Part shown: one piece after another, positions 18,971 through 28,570 of the stretch
Layout of the letters: each line of letters starts with the position of its first letter
How positions within the stretch are numbered: the stretch's first letter is position 1
Origin: an uncultured virus (IMG/VR IMGVR_UViG_3300020050_005616)
Lineage: Duplodnaviria; Heunggongvirae; Uroviricota; Caudoviricetes
Strand: one strand, 5' to 3'
IMG/VR virus record: IMGVR_UViG_3300020050_005616
Length of the DNA: 64,000 bases
Notes under the pieces: generated by a model
Seen by the model: only the letters and a program-made list of their open reading frames with translations
Database searches by the model: none
What the model was told of the DNA's origin: nothing
Position numbers and translations under genes: made by a program

Positions 18971-19837
18971 ATGTCAAAGACTATAACCATAAAATTAACA
19001 AAGGCTGGCCCTACAGCAGGACCATTTACCATATCTGATCAGTTTGGTAATGTAATAGCAGAAGATGTTTTGAAGAAAACTCTTATTGCTGGCATTAGCT
19101 ATATTGTAAATGATAATGTTACTATACTTGTAATAAAATCTACAGGAAGTTGTAAGGTGGAAAAGAACATAAGTCTTAAACCTATCACTAAAGAAGAGTA
19201 TAATAGCACTCAGTTTTTACAAACTATAACAGCATGTATATGGAGACACTTAACTAATATAAGACTTTACAATACATTCTATGGTGATATAGCACCATAC
19301 ATTATTGAGTATCCTTTTGCATATAAGTTTCAAGATGAAATTCTCCAGAATGTAAAAGATTATACAAAGGCATATAAATATCTTCCTATACTTGATGGTG
19401 TATATAGTTACAATACAAGAATAGAAACAAATGATGAATGGTTTAACAAAGCTATTCTATATAATGGACAACAGAGCTCTGGTATTCTTGAACTGGTTGC
19501 AAAACCTCTTCATAACTTAAAAGCATATATGCAATACCCTATTCTTAATGCTGAGAGCAAAACCATCACTTATACTAAGAGTGATAACTTCTATCAGTAC
19601 AATACATTCTGGGCTGCAGAGAAAAGTTCTCAGATTCCATTATTTAGAACATCATGTGAAAGTCTTTCTATAGATAAGGTGGTGAATCAAGCTAACATAG
19701 ACTATGGCCCTAGAAGCTTTAAGAAAGCAACGCTAAGAGCAAAAGAATTAAAGATAAGACATATATTAGATGACAGTTCAACAACGCATCTAGTGTCCCA
19801 ATTCATAACAGCACCTGCACAAATATCATATAAGTAA
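18971..19837 (+). CDS. 'GPF' anchor module fused to the probable C-terminal part of the muzzle protein
   Basis: N-terminus AGPTAGPFTISD; then IWRH..YNTFYG..PYIIE, FNKAILYN..QSSG and LRAK..KIR. Confidence 0.55.
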   Translation: MSKTITIKLTKAGPTAGPFTISDQFGNVIAEDVLKKTLIAGISYIVNDNVTILVIKSTGSCKVEKNISLKPITKEEYNSTQFLQTITACIWRHLTNIRLYNTFYGDIAPYIIEYPFAYKFQDEILQNVKDYTKAYKYLPILDGVYSYNTRIETNDEWFNKAILYNGQQSSGILELVAKPLHNLKAYMQYPILNAESKTITYTKSDNFYQYNTFWAAEKSSQIPLFRTSCESLSIDKVVNQANIDYGPRSFKKATLRAKELKIRHILDDSSTTHLVSQFITAPAQISYK

Positions 19838-22527
19838 TGAGTAGTAGTAAAGTAAAATGCACATGTGGTTGGTCATGGAACAAATCTGATTCTAGTAAGA
19901 AAGATATGTACATATGTCATGAGTGTGGAAGAGACAATAGCAACAACATGAAAAATGGTGGTTGGTTAGATAATTATAATGATTCACAAGCTTCTGCTCC
20001 TGAAGGAATGGTAGGAGATGGATTCTCTAATGTAGGTAGAAACTATTCTCCTGCATGGGGAGGACAGTTTCAAATGGGTGGAGATGTTTATCCAGTTAAT
20101 TATGTTCCTCAAGCACAGATGGGTGGAACTATAGCAGGAGCTCCAGGTTTCTCATATGCACGTACACAAGGAGCTGCTCCTAGCAATGGGAAGTATGCAA
20201 AGAAAACAATGGCTAGTGCACAAGATGGTCTTGATAGTAATAAATTATTACCACCACCAAAAAATATAAATAAACCAAAAGATGTAAGAAAACCAGGAGA
20301 ATCAATAAAATTATCTGGTTTTACTAATCCAGGTGAAGTAAATTATGCACCTTATACTCCAACATTAGAAGGATTAAATAAAGCAAAAACAAAAACTGAA
20401 AAAGAAGCAACTAAAAAATTTATAGATTGGTATTCAGATCCTGCAACTAAAGCAAAGTTTCAAAAGAATACTGGGTTTGATCCAGAGAGAATGCAAGATC
20501 TTATTGGTAAAGGACTAAACACTCCTATGAGTTTATATGATAGAGCAATAAAGCATGATTGGCCAATGGAGGAAGGTGCAGATGCTGCATATAAAAGTGC
20601 ATGGGTATCACAACAACAAGGAGATCCAACTGCTCCTAAGACAGGATACATTTCATATCTTCCACAAGGAGCTGATATTCCAGAAATGAATGTTTACTCT
20701 CGCCCTCTTAAAGATATGATAGGTCATGAATTAGCTCATGCTTCAGGTTTTGATACTACATTAGCTCCTGCATTATATAGAGCATTAGGTTTAAAATTAC
20801 CTACTAAAGCTGAGCAGCCTGATCTAGCATATCCATCACGCTATATGCAACGTCCAGAAGAAGTATATGGTAACTTTCATGAGTTGAGACTTAATCTAGG
20901 ATTAACACCTGGAGAAAAAGTAGATAGAGAATCATTAAAGAAAAGAGTAAAAGCTGATCCACACAATGCTACTAATTTTTGGGACTACTATTCTAAAGAT
21001 CCTAAGACAGGTAAAGAGGATGATAAAAAAATTGATAAAATTGTAAAAGCTATCAACACTGTTGCACAAGTAGAAAGCACTCAACAAGATCCTAATATAC
21101 AAACTGCACAGAATGGTAAAGAGATGAGTTACTATCAGAATGGATTAGATTGGAAACCTAAATCTATTAGTAGAGATGGTGCATGGTTAGATAACTATGA
21201 AGAAGCTCAAACAGGTAAGAATGTTAAATTTGATGCAAAGAAATTTGCAGCAGATAAGAAACGTAATACACCTTTACAAAAATCTATAGATAAAGAAGCT
21301 CAATCTGAAGATAATAGAAGATGGACAGATAGTAAAGAATACAAAGATAAAGTTAAAGCAAATAAGTTAGCAGAAGATAAAGCTACTATTCAAGATAGAA
21401 AGGATAGAATAAAAAATAGTGAGGCTGCACAAAAGAAATCTTTTACAAAAGATAATTGGAGACAACAGCTTGCAGATGAAACACAAGCTACAGGAGATAA
21501 GTTTAGAATGTTTCCAGAAGATCCAGATAGTTTTGTTGATGAATGGATGAATCCAGGAGTGATGATTGGTAATATGGCTTCTGATTTAGGCTCTGCTCCA
21601 TTAAGAGCACAACAAGAAGATTCATATATGCCTTATGTTACAAGTATAGGTGTTCCATTATTAACAGGAGGACTTGAAGGATTAGGAGCAAAAACAACTA
21701 AACAGTTTGTTAGTAATCTTGCAAATCCTTTTAATATAGTTCCTGGATATAAATCTGTTGAAAAATCTATAGGTAAAGCACTAGGAACAGAATCAGGTTT
21801 ATTATCTAATGCTTATAAATTAAACCCTTATGCGTTTAAAGCTAATCCTGAAATGGGATATAGAATGTTAGGAAGAGAAGGGTTTCAAGATGCAGTTGAA
21901 ACAGGTGTACTTAGAGCAAAACCAATTCCTAATCAAGCACCATCAGGAGGTATTTCACTAACAAGAAATACTAACAGAAATCCAAATACAGGAAAAATGC
22001 AAGGTGCTTTAGACCGACCTTATTTTGCAGATGGTGTAATAGATGAAAGATATGCAGCAGATTATATGGCTGCTGTAAATAAAGCAGAAAATAATCTAGT
22101 ACCTATTGCAACACATAGAGGAATTGCACCTTCTCAAGCTGGTAGTATACCATTAGAAAATGCTACATTATATAAAAAAAATTGGTGGCAAGGATATAAA
22201 GAAGTTCCTAAACAAGAAGATGGAGGAATCATTAAAGATGATAGAGGACAATGGGATCATCCAGGAGAAGTAACAGAGATAGGAAGTAATGATATAACTA
22301 TGGAAGGAGTTCCTTATGATGTTCTTGGTATATCAGATACAGGAGATGTAAAACTAATGAAACCAGGAAAGAATTATAAGTTTAAGGGTAAGAAGGTTAC
22401 AGAATATCCTATGGCTAAGAATGGAATGAGACAAGAACAAAAAGGTTTGCAGAACTTAGATAATCTAACTAACTTTACAAATTATAATAAACCACAACCA
22501 GGAGGCTGGTTAAACAAATACAATTAA
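19837..22527 (+). CDS. Putative virion cargo protein: Zn-ribbon, zincin-like HExxH domain and repeated xxxGG motifs
   Basis: CTCG...CHECG; GHELAHA at about 20722-20742; recurring MKNGG/AQMGG/QEDGG motifs. Confidence 0.55.
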   Translation: MSSSKVKCTCGWSWNKSDSSKKDMYICHECGRDNSNNMKNGGWLDNYNDSQASAPEGMVGDGFSNVGRNYSPAWGGQFQMGGDVYPVNYVPQAQMGGTIAGAPGFSYARTQGAAPSNGKYAKKTMASAQDGLDSNKLLPPPKNINKPKDVRKPGESIKLSGFTNPGEVNYAPYTPTLEGLNKAKTKTEKEATKKFIDWYSDPATKAKFQKNTGFDPERMQDLIGKGLNTPMSLYDRAIKHDWPMEEGADAAYKSAWVSQQQGDPTAPKTGYISYLPQGADIPEMNVYSRPLKDMIGHELAHASGFDTTLAPALYRALGLKLPTKAEQPDLAYPSRYMQRPEEVYGNFHELRLNLGLTPGEKVDRESLKKRVKADPHNATNFWDYYSKDPKTGKEDDKKIDKIVKAINTVAQVESTQQDPNIQTAQNGKEMSYYQNGLDWKPKSISRDGAWLDNYEEAQTGKNVKFDAKKFAADKKRNTPLQKSIDKEAQSEDNRRWTDSKEYKDKVKANKLAEDKATIQDRKDRIKNSEAAQKKSFTKDNWRQQLADETQATGDKFRMFPEDPDSFVDEWMNPGVMIGNMASDLGSAPLRAQQEDSYMPYVTSIGVPLLTGGLEGLGAKTTKQFVSNLANPFNIVPGYKSVEKSIGKALGTESGLLSNAYKLNPYAFKANPEMGYRMLGREGFQDAVETGVLRAKPIPNQAPSGGISLTRNTNRNPNTGKMQGALDRPYFADGVIDERYAADYMAAVNKAENNLVPIATHRGIAPSQAGSIPLENATLYKKNWWQGYKEVPKQEDGGIIKDDRGQWDHPGEVTEIGSNDITMEGVPYDVLGISDTGDVKLMKPGKNYKFKGKKVTEYPMAKNGMRQEQKGLQNLDNLTNFTNYNKPQPGGWLNKYN

Positions 22528-22528
22528 T

Positions 22529-25500
22529 ATGAAGGCACAAATTTTAAAAATAGCTGGTGTTAAATCTGAGAAAGAGTTCTACAAGAAATATCCTTCTGAA
22601 GAAGCATTCATGAAACAACATGGTAAAGCTTTTAAGAAAGCTCAGATGGGTACTATGATTAGTGGAGGTGGTCAAACATTTAATCCTAAGATGCTTAATT
22701 TAAAAAACTTTACCGATCAAGCAGATATGGATGTCACTGGTATGACAGATGATATGAGAAAGAAACAAGCTGCTGAAGCTGCTGCAGCTGCTAAAACTGC
22801 TCCTGCTGGTGGTGGTGGTGGTATTGGTGGTATGATTGGTTCATTAGGTAAATTATTTGGTGGAGAAGGTGGTGCTGGTGGTGGTGAAGGTATGGGAGGA
22901 ATTGGTGAAATGGCTTCTTCTTTAGGAGGTGCTAGATATGGAGCTGATATTCCTAGAGCACAAGTTGGAAGTAATTTACAACCTGCAGGATTAGCACAAC
23001 TTCCTCAACAAGGACCAAGTGCACAAATGCCTACAGCACAACAAGTACAAGGTGGTATAGCTCCTCAACAAAGCGGGATGGAAGGTGCAATGGGTGGTAT
23101 TGCAAAATATGCTGGACCTGCTGGAAAACTATATGAAGGATATCAAGCACTAAGAGGAGAAAGAAGAGCTAGAAAAGCAGCTGAACAACAAAAGGCTGTA
23201 AGTGATATTACATTAAAAGCTTCACAAACTAGACCAGAAGAAATAAAAAGAAAGTATGTAAGACCAGAAGATATACAAAATACTGGTGAAGAGTTCTTTC
23301 CTATATATGGTGTAGGAACTAATCCACTTGCTAGAAATGGTATTAGATTACAAGATGGTGGTGGTATTGGTGGTAACCCAACAGAGATACAAAATACATA
23401 TGGTAATGGTAATTCTTTATATGATGATCTTGGTTATGAACCATTAACTGATCCAAACCAAGTTAAATCTTTTTATCATGGTGGAAGATTGCATAAAATG
23501 CAAGATGGTGGAGGATCTCCATGGGGAGCTATTTCAGGAGTGGCTACAAATATAGGACAAGAAGCAATGGGAGGTCAAAATGCTGGTGGAAATATTGGTG
23601 GTACAATTGGTGAAACAGCTGGTACTCTTATTGGAGGACCTATAGGTGGTGCAGTTGGAAAATTTGTTGGAGGTATAGCTGGTAACGCTTTAGATACAAA
23701 TGCTAAACGTATGAAAAAAGCTCAAGCGGCAACACAAAGAAATGTAACAAAGATGGGTCTTAACTCTGGATTCCAATCATTGCAAGGACAGAATCAATCA
23801 TATATGGAGAATGGTGGTGATATTAATAACTATGAGGATGGTGGATATATGAATCCTGAATATAACCCACAAGTGATTACAATGTTTGGTGATCATAATT
23901 CACAAGACTTTGCAGACTATGCACACAAAGATCAATATAGAGCTGGTGGACATTTAAAAGCTTACACACCTCCTAGTGAAAGAGCTATGGAAATATATGA
24001 AGATGGTGGAGATGTTAAATCATATGGATTAGGTGGAGAGTTAGAAACACATTGGGGTGGAGGATTTGAAAATCTTTCATATAACCCTCATCTACCAGGT
24101 ACAGGTATAACAGGTATATTTAGAGGTAAAAGTCATGAAGAGAGATCTCCTAATGGAGAAACAGGAATAGGTGTTACTTATGGTGGTAATCCAGTAGAAG
24201 TTGAAAGAGGAGAACCTATGGTTGAGTTAGAAGAAGGTGGAACAATAGATCCTCAAACAGGAGAAGTTCAAAAGTCTGGTGTAGTATTTGGTAATCTTAA
24301 AATACCTAATCAGTATATAGATATGTTAGGAGATAAGAATGCTAAAGGTAAAAAGTTTAAAAACTATGTAGCTGATTTATCCAAGATAGAAGAAAGACAA
24401 AACAAACTTATTGAGAAGTCAACTAATGAGTTAGATGGATTTACACCAATAACATCATTTGATAAACTTAAAATGACAGCATTGCAAGCTAATATACAAG
24501 GAGCTAATATGAAGCTTAAAGATATAGCTGATAAGAAAATAAATGCAGCTTCTCTTCAGAATGCTATTAATGATACAGCAGAAGAACGTGGTTTAGTTGC
24601 TGATGATCTTGCTAGAGGTAAAGTGAAAATAGATAAAGAAGCTCAAAAACAATATGCTAAGTTTGGTGGTAAGTTTACAAAAGCTCAAGTAGGAATTAAT
24701 GCTAGTAATTTAACTGATGAAGAACTTATGCAACAAGCAGATCGGCAAGGTGGAGAACTTGATGAAGTGATAGTTAAAGGAAAAAAGAAAAATAAAAGAG
24801 AACAAATAGTTCCACTTGAATATATGAAACCTAAAGGACTAACTTATAGTACAGTGCCAAAATCACCAGCTTCGGAAGTTCGTGCAGAATATTTACGTGG
24901 TTTTGATTCTATTGAAGAAAAAGATGATGCTAAATTTCCTTGGGAAACTTATGCTAATCAACTTATTAATTATTTAAGACCTTCAGATCAAGAAGCTCTT
25001 GATATGGAACAGTTATATCCAGAGATGTATGCAATGTCTTCTAATCAATTAGAACCTGTACCAGCTCAAGGATATCAACCAGAGCTCAGTGTACCATATG
25101 ATATATCATTTCAAGATCAGTTGAATGCTAACCAAGCAGACTATAGAGCAGCACAAAGAATGGTAGGATATAATCCAGCAGCTCAAGCTAATTTGAATGC
25201 TCAGAAGTATCAAGCTAATCAACAAGTGTTAGGTAATCAGTTCAGAGCTAATCAAGAGATGAGAGATAAAGCTTATGGTGAGAATAGAAATATTCTAAAC
25301 CAAGCTAAGCTTACTAATCTTGGTATATTTGATAAGCAATATGAAAGACAAGCACAAGCTTTGTCTAACACTAAAGCTACAACACAAGCTGCTCTTAATT
25401 CTATTGCTGATAAGTATGCTAAGAATAAACTTGAGAATAGAACACTTGGTGTAATGGAGAATATGTACAATTATAGATTTGATGAAAATGGAAGAGTTGT

Positions 25501-25753
25501 TAACATGAATCCTCTTGCACAATTAAATTGGCAAGGAAGAGGAATTTCTGGTAAATCTTCTATTCCTGAAGGATGGAAAGCTACAAATTATGATGCGAAA
25601 GGTAATCCAACAGGAATGAAAAGAATTACAGATAAAGATGTAGATGAGTCTGCACTTGAAGCTGTTCCTGGAGCAATTAAAAATAAAAATGGATCTTCTA
25701 TTAAAAAGAATCAAAAAAATAGTTCTGTAGTAAGAGCATATAAAAATATATAA
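22529..25753 (+). CDS. Putative virion cargo/ejection protein, Gly-rich, with xxxGG motifs
   Basis: Gly-zipper-like segments, G.SHE...G and VEVE.GE motifs, Gln/Asn-rich coiled coil. Confidence 0.55.
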   Translation: MKAQILKIAGVKSEKEFYKKYPSEEAFMKQHGKAFKKAQMGTMISGGGQTFNPKMLNLKNFTDQADMDVTGMTDDMRKKQAAEAAAAAKTAPAGGGGGIGGMIGSLGKLFGGEGGAGGGEGMGGIGEMASSLGGARYGADIPRAQVGSNLQPAGLAQLPQQGPSAQMPTAQQVQGGIAPQQSGMEGAMGGIAKYAGPAGKLYEGYQALRGERRARKAAEQQKAVSDITLKASQTRPEEIKRKYVRPEDIQNTGEEFFPIYGVGTNPLARNGIRLQDGGGIGGNPTEIQNTYGNGNSLYDDLGYEPLTDPNQVKSFYHGGRLHKMQDGGGSPWGAISGVATNIGQEAMGGQNAGGNIGGTIGETAGTLIGGPIGGAVGKFVGGIAGNALDTNAKRMKKAQAATQRNVTKMGLNSGFQSLQGQNQSYMENGGDINNYEDGGYMNPEYNPQVITMFGDHNSQDFADYAHKDQYRAGGHLKAYTPPSERAMEIYEDGGDVKSYGLGGELETHWGGGFENLSYNPHLPGTGITGIFRGKSHEERSPNGETGIGVTYGGNPVEVERGEPMVELEEGGTIDPQTGEVQKSGVVFGNLKIPNQYIDMLGDKNAKGKKFKNYVADLSKIEERQNKLIEKSTNELDGFTPITSFDKLKMTALQANIQGANMKLKDIADKKINAASLQNAINDTAEERGLVADDLARGKVKIDKEAQKQYAKFGGKFTKAQVGINASNLTDEELMQQADRQGGELDEVIVKGKKKNKREQIVPLEYMKPKGLTYSTVPKSPASEVRAEYLRGFDSIEEKDDAKFPWETYANQLINYLRPSDQEALDMEQLYPEMYAMSSNQLEPVPAQGYQPELSVPYDISFQDQLNANQADYRAAQRMVGYNPAAQANLNAQKYQANQQVLGNQFRANQEMRDKAYGENRNILNQAKLTNLGIFDKQYERQAQALSNTKATTQAALNSIADKYAKNKLENRTLGVMENMYNYRFDENGRVVNMNPLAQLNWQGRGISGKSSIPEGWKATNYDAKGNPTGMKRITDKDVDESALEAVPGAIKNKNGSSIKKNQKNSSVVRAYKNI

Positions 25754-25825
25754 CTAATTTGATTATAAAGAATTACCAGAATTGATTATTAATTTTGGTA
25801 GTTCTAATAATTCATATTACATTTG
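25750..25825 (+). promoter_or_regulatory. Bacteroidota-type promoter with upstream conserved 27-nt motif
   Basis: TTTG at 25794, TACATTTG at 25818 (20-nt spacer); upstream ATAACTAATTTGATTATAAAGAATTAC. Confidence 0.65.
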
Positions 25826-25864
25826 CTAATCGACATACATAGTATGTAAAATATAAAAAAGAAC

Positions 25865-28564
25865 ATGGCCTCATATACTGACAAAATCCCAACATTTAAT
25901 CCTTACGTGCAACAACTTCCTGTTGAGGCAATGGTAAAGGTTGGTATGTACAAACAACAAAAGTACGAAGAAGGTTTAGAGAAGATACAAACAAGTATTG
26001 ATAATGTTGCAGGACTTGATGTAGTTAGAGATGTAGATAAAAACTATTTACAATCTAAACTTAATCAGTTAGGTAATGATCTTAAAGGTGTTGCTGCTGG
26101 TGATTTCTCTAATTTTCAATTAGTTAATTCTGTTAATGGTATGACTAATCAAATTAGTAAAGATGAAAATGTAATTAATGCAGTTTCTTCTACAGCTAAG
26201 ATTAAATCAGGATATGCAAAAAGAGAAGAGTTATCAAAAAAAGGATTAACAGATAAAAACAATGATGACTATTATGATAAGTATGTTAAGCAATATTCTG
26301 AAGATACAGATTTAAAATCTAAGTTCAGTGCTGAGTATGTTCCTTATACTAATATTGTTAAAACACTTCAAGAAGCACTTGTTGCTGCAGGAGAAACTAA
26401 AACAACTGCTGAAGAATTATTCGTTACTGATCCTGACACAGGAAAACCAATACCAGATAAAAATGGACATCTTCAATATGCAGATGCAAAAGCTGTTGAA
26501 AAACTTGTATCAAATAAGCCAGCTGTATTAGCAGCAATTAATAATGTTTTAAATCAAGGAGATGTTAAGCAACAATTAGGAATTGATGGTTGGGCTACAT
26601 ATAGAAATACAGAAGCTACTACATTGTTAGAACCTTTAAAGATACAATATGATGCTGAACGAGAAAGATTGCAAAAACAATCATTAGACATAACAGCTTT
26701 ATTAACTAGTACAAATTTATCAAAAGAACAAAAAGAACTTTATACAAAAGCAAGTTCTGATATAGAAGCATCATTATTAAGTAATGATAAAACATTCATG
26801 TCGTTGTCTGATCAAGCTGCAAATAATCCAGAGCAATTCAAACAAAATTATTATGTACAAGATTATAAACATAATCTATTAAATCAGTTTCTTAAAACTG
26901 ATGAAGAGCACACTACTGGAACTAATGAAGCATTAGCACAACAAAATGTTAGAGATAGAATGGCATTTGATGTTCTTCAAGAAAAGAATAAAATAGCTTA
27001 TCAGAATCAAACTTTAGCTGTTTCTAAATCTGCAGATAAAAGAGGATGGATAGCAACTATGGCTACGTATGGTCAAGATCCTGTAACAGGAGAATGGTAC
27101 AAAAAAGATACAACAGCTAGTGCAGCTAAAAAGAAAGCAGGAACTGTAGATGCTAATGCTCCTTTGTTTTCAGGAAATGTTCCTGGAGATAAAGTATCTG
27201 CAGTTAATATAATGAAAGAAGATATATCTACATTAACTGAATCTAAAGGACAAGTTGCATTTACAATGTATGCTGATCTTATTAGAGCAAATAAAAATGA
27301 TTACAATCTTACAGATGATACTATCTTAGCAAGTGTAAAAAATTATGCTACTAAACAAGGTATAACTCCTGATCAATATTTAGATAGATGGGCTGTTAAT
27401 ATAAAAAATAAATATGCTGAGCTTGGATTAAAGCCACCTCCTAATTTAGAAGATGAATTAAATCAATACACTTCTACTTCTAAAACTCTAAAGAATAAAA
27501 TGACAATGAGTAAAGCTGCAGAAATTGCTGCTGATAAAGAAGCTGGAGTTGAAAGAGTTTTAGGAGATGTTTTAAAAGATAAAAAATCAATTAGTTTTAA
27601 TGTTGATGGTAATAAAATAATTGTTGAACCTAGAGATATGTTAGGACTTGTTACAGGAGATGTAGAAAGATTATTTAAATCTTTTAATCGTGCTGAACAA
27701 CAACAAGTATTAAAAAGAACAGATCTAACAAATAATCAAAGGAAATTAATTGCTAATTGGGAGAAGTTACCTTGGGAGATGCGTCAAAATGTTATGAAAG
27801 AATTTTCTACATACACACACGGTCCTTCAAATATTAGTACATACAATGCTGCATTATCAAAATCTAATGAATTATTTAATGATAAATTAAGTAAGATAGT
27901 GGGTGTTACAGATGTCAAAGGAGGAAGTCTTCCTATGTTTAGTGCTGATCAAATTAAAGCTTCTGTAGCTAATGTATCTTCATACTTAAGTGTAGGTATG
28001 AGAAGTTATGGACCAGGAGATACAGAAGAAACTGTTCAAGCTGCTTTAGCTGATCCAACATCTATATCATGGACAGGTAAGAAACCTACTAATGCTAAAG
28101 AAGAATGGACTGGTACTATAATTGTAAAAGATAAAAAAGGAGTTAAACATACTATCACTAATGTTAATCATGAGGAGTTACAACAATTCACAGGTTTAAA
28201 TCTTACAAATTACGAAGAGAAACCTGTTCAGGATTTACTTAATATGAATGACAAAACAAAATCAACTAATTCTAAATACGGACCTAGTTCACCTAAAGCT
28301 TGGACTACATCATACTATCAAGGAAATGATGTTAATCCAGAAGTAGTTAAAGCAGGTTGGGGATATCGTGCAGATGCTGTGAGTGCATCTGGAGGATATA
28401 GACTTGTTAATTATATTAAAGCTCCAGGAAAAAATAATTGGATTACTATATATGGTGGTGCTATTGCAAAAGAAGAAGGTATGATAGATACTGTATTCAA
28501 AACAGCTTCGCCAAAAGATTTAGAAAATTTATATATGATGTATTTACAAAATCAAAATAAATAA
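25865..28564 (+). CDS. Large virion cargo protein preceding the vRNAP
   Basis: 899 aa, N-terminal F.PYVQQLP motif, helical; first of three giant genes. Confidence 0.55.
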   Translation: MASYTDKIPTFNPYVQQLPVEAMVKVGMYKQQKYEEGLEKIQTSIDNVAGLDVVRDVDKNYLQSKLNQLGNDLKGVAAGDFSNFQLVNSVNGMTNQISKDENVINAVSSTAKIKSGYAKREELSKKGLTDKNNDDYYDKYVKQYSEDTDLKSKFSAEYVPYTNIVKTLQEALVAAGETKTTAEELFVTDPDTGKPIPDKNGHLQYADAKAVEKLVSNKPAVLAAINNVLNQGDVKQQLGIDGWATYRNTEATTLLEPLKIQYDAERERLQKQSLDITALLTSTNLSKEQKELYTKASSDIEASLLSNDKTFMSLSDQAANNPEQFKQNYYVQDYKHNLLNQFLKTDEEHTTGTNEALAQQNVRDRMAFDVLQEKNKIAYQNQTLAVSKSADKRGWIATMATYGQDPVTGEWYKKDTTASAAKKKAGTVDANAPLFSGNVPGDKVSAVNIMKEDISTLTESKGQVAFTMYADLIRANKNDYNLTDDTILASVKNYATKQGITPDQYLDRWAVNIKNKYAELGLKPPPNLEDELNQYTSTSKTLKNKMTMSKAAEIAADKEAGVERVLGDVLKDKKSISFNVDGNKIIVEPRDMLGLVTGDVERLFKSFNRAEQQQVLKRTDLTNNQRKLIANWEKLPWEMRQNVMKEFSTYTHGPSNISTYNAALSKSNELFNDKLSKIVGVTDVKGGSLPMFSADQIKASVANVSSYLSVGMRSYGPGDTEETVQAALADPTSISWTGKKPTNAKEEWTGTIIVKDKKGVKHTITNVNHEELQQFTGLNLTNYEEKPVQDLLNMNDKTKSTNSKYGPSSPKAWTTSYYQGNDVNPEVVKAGWGYRADAVSASGGYRLVNYIKAPGKNNWITIYGGAIAKEEGMIDTVFKTASPKDLENLYMMYLQNQNK

Positions 28565-28570
28565 AATATT

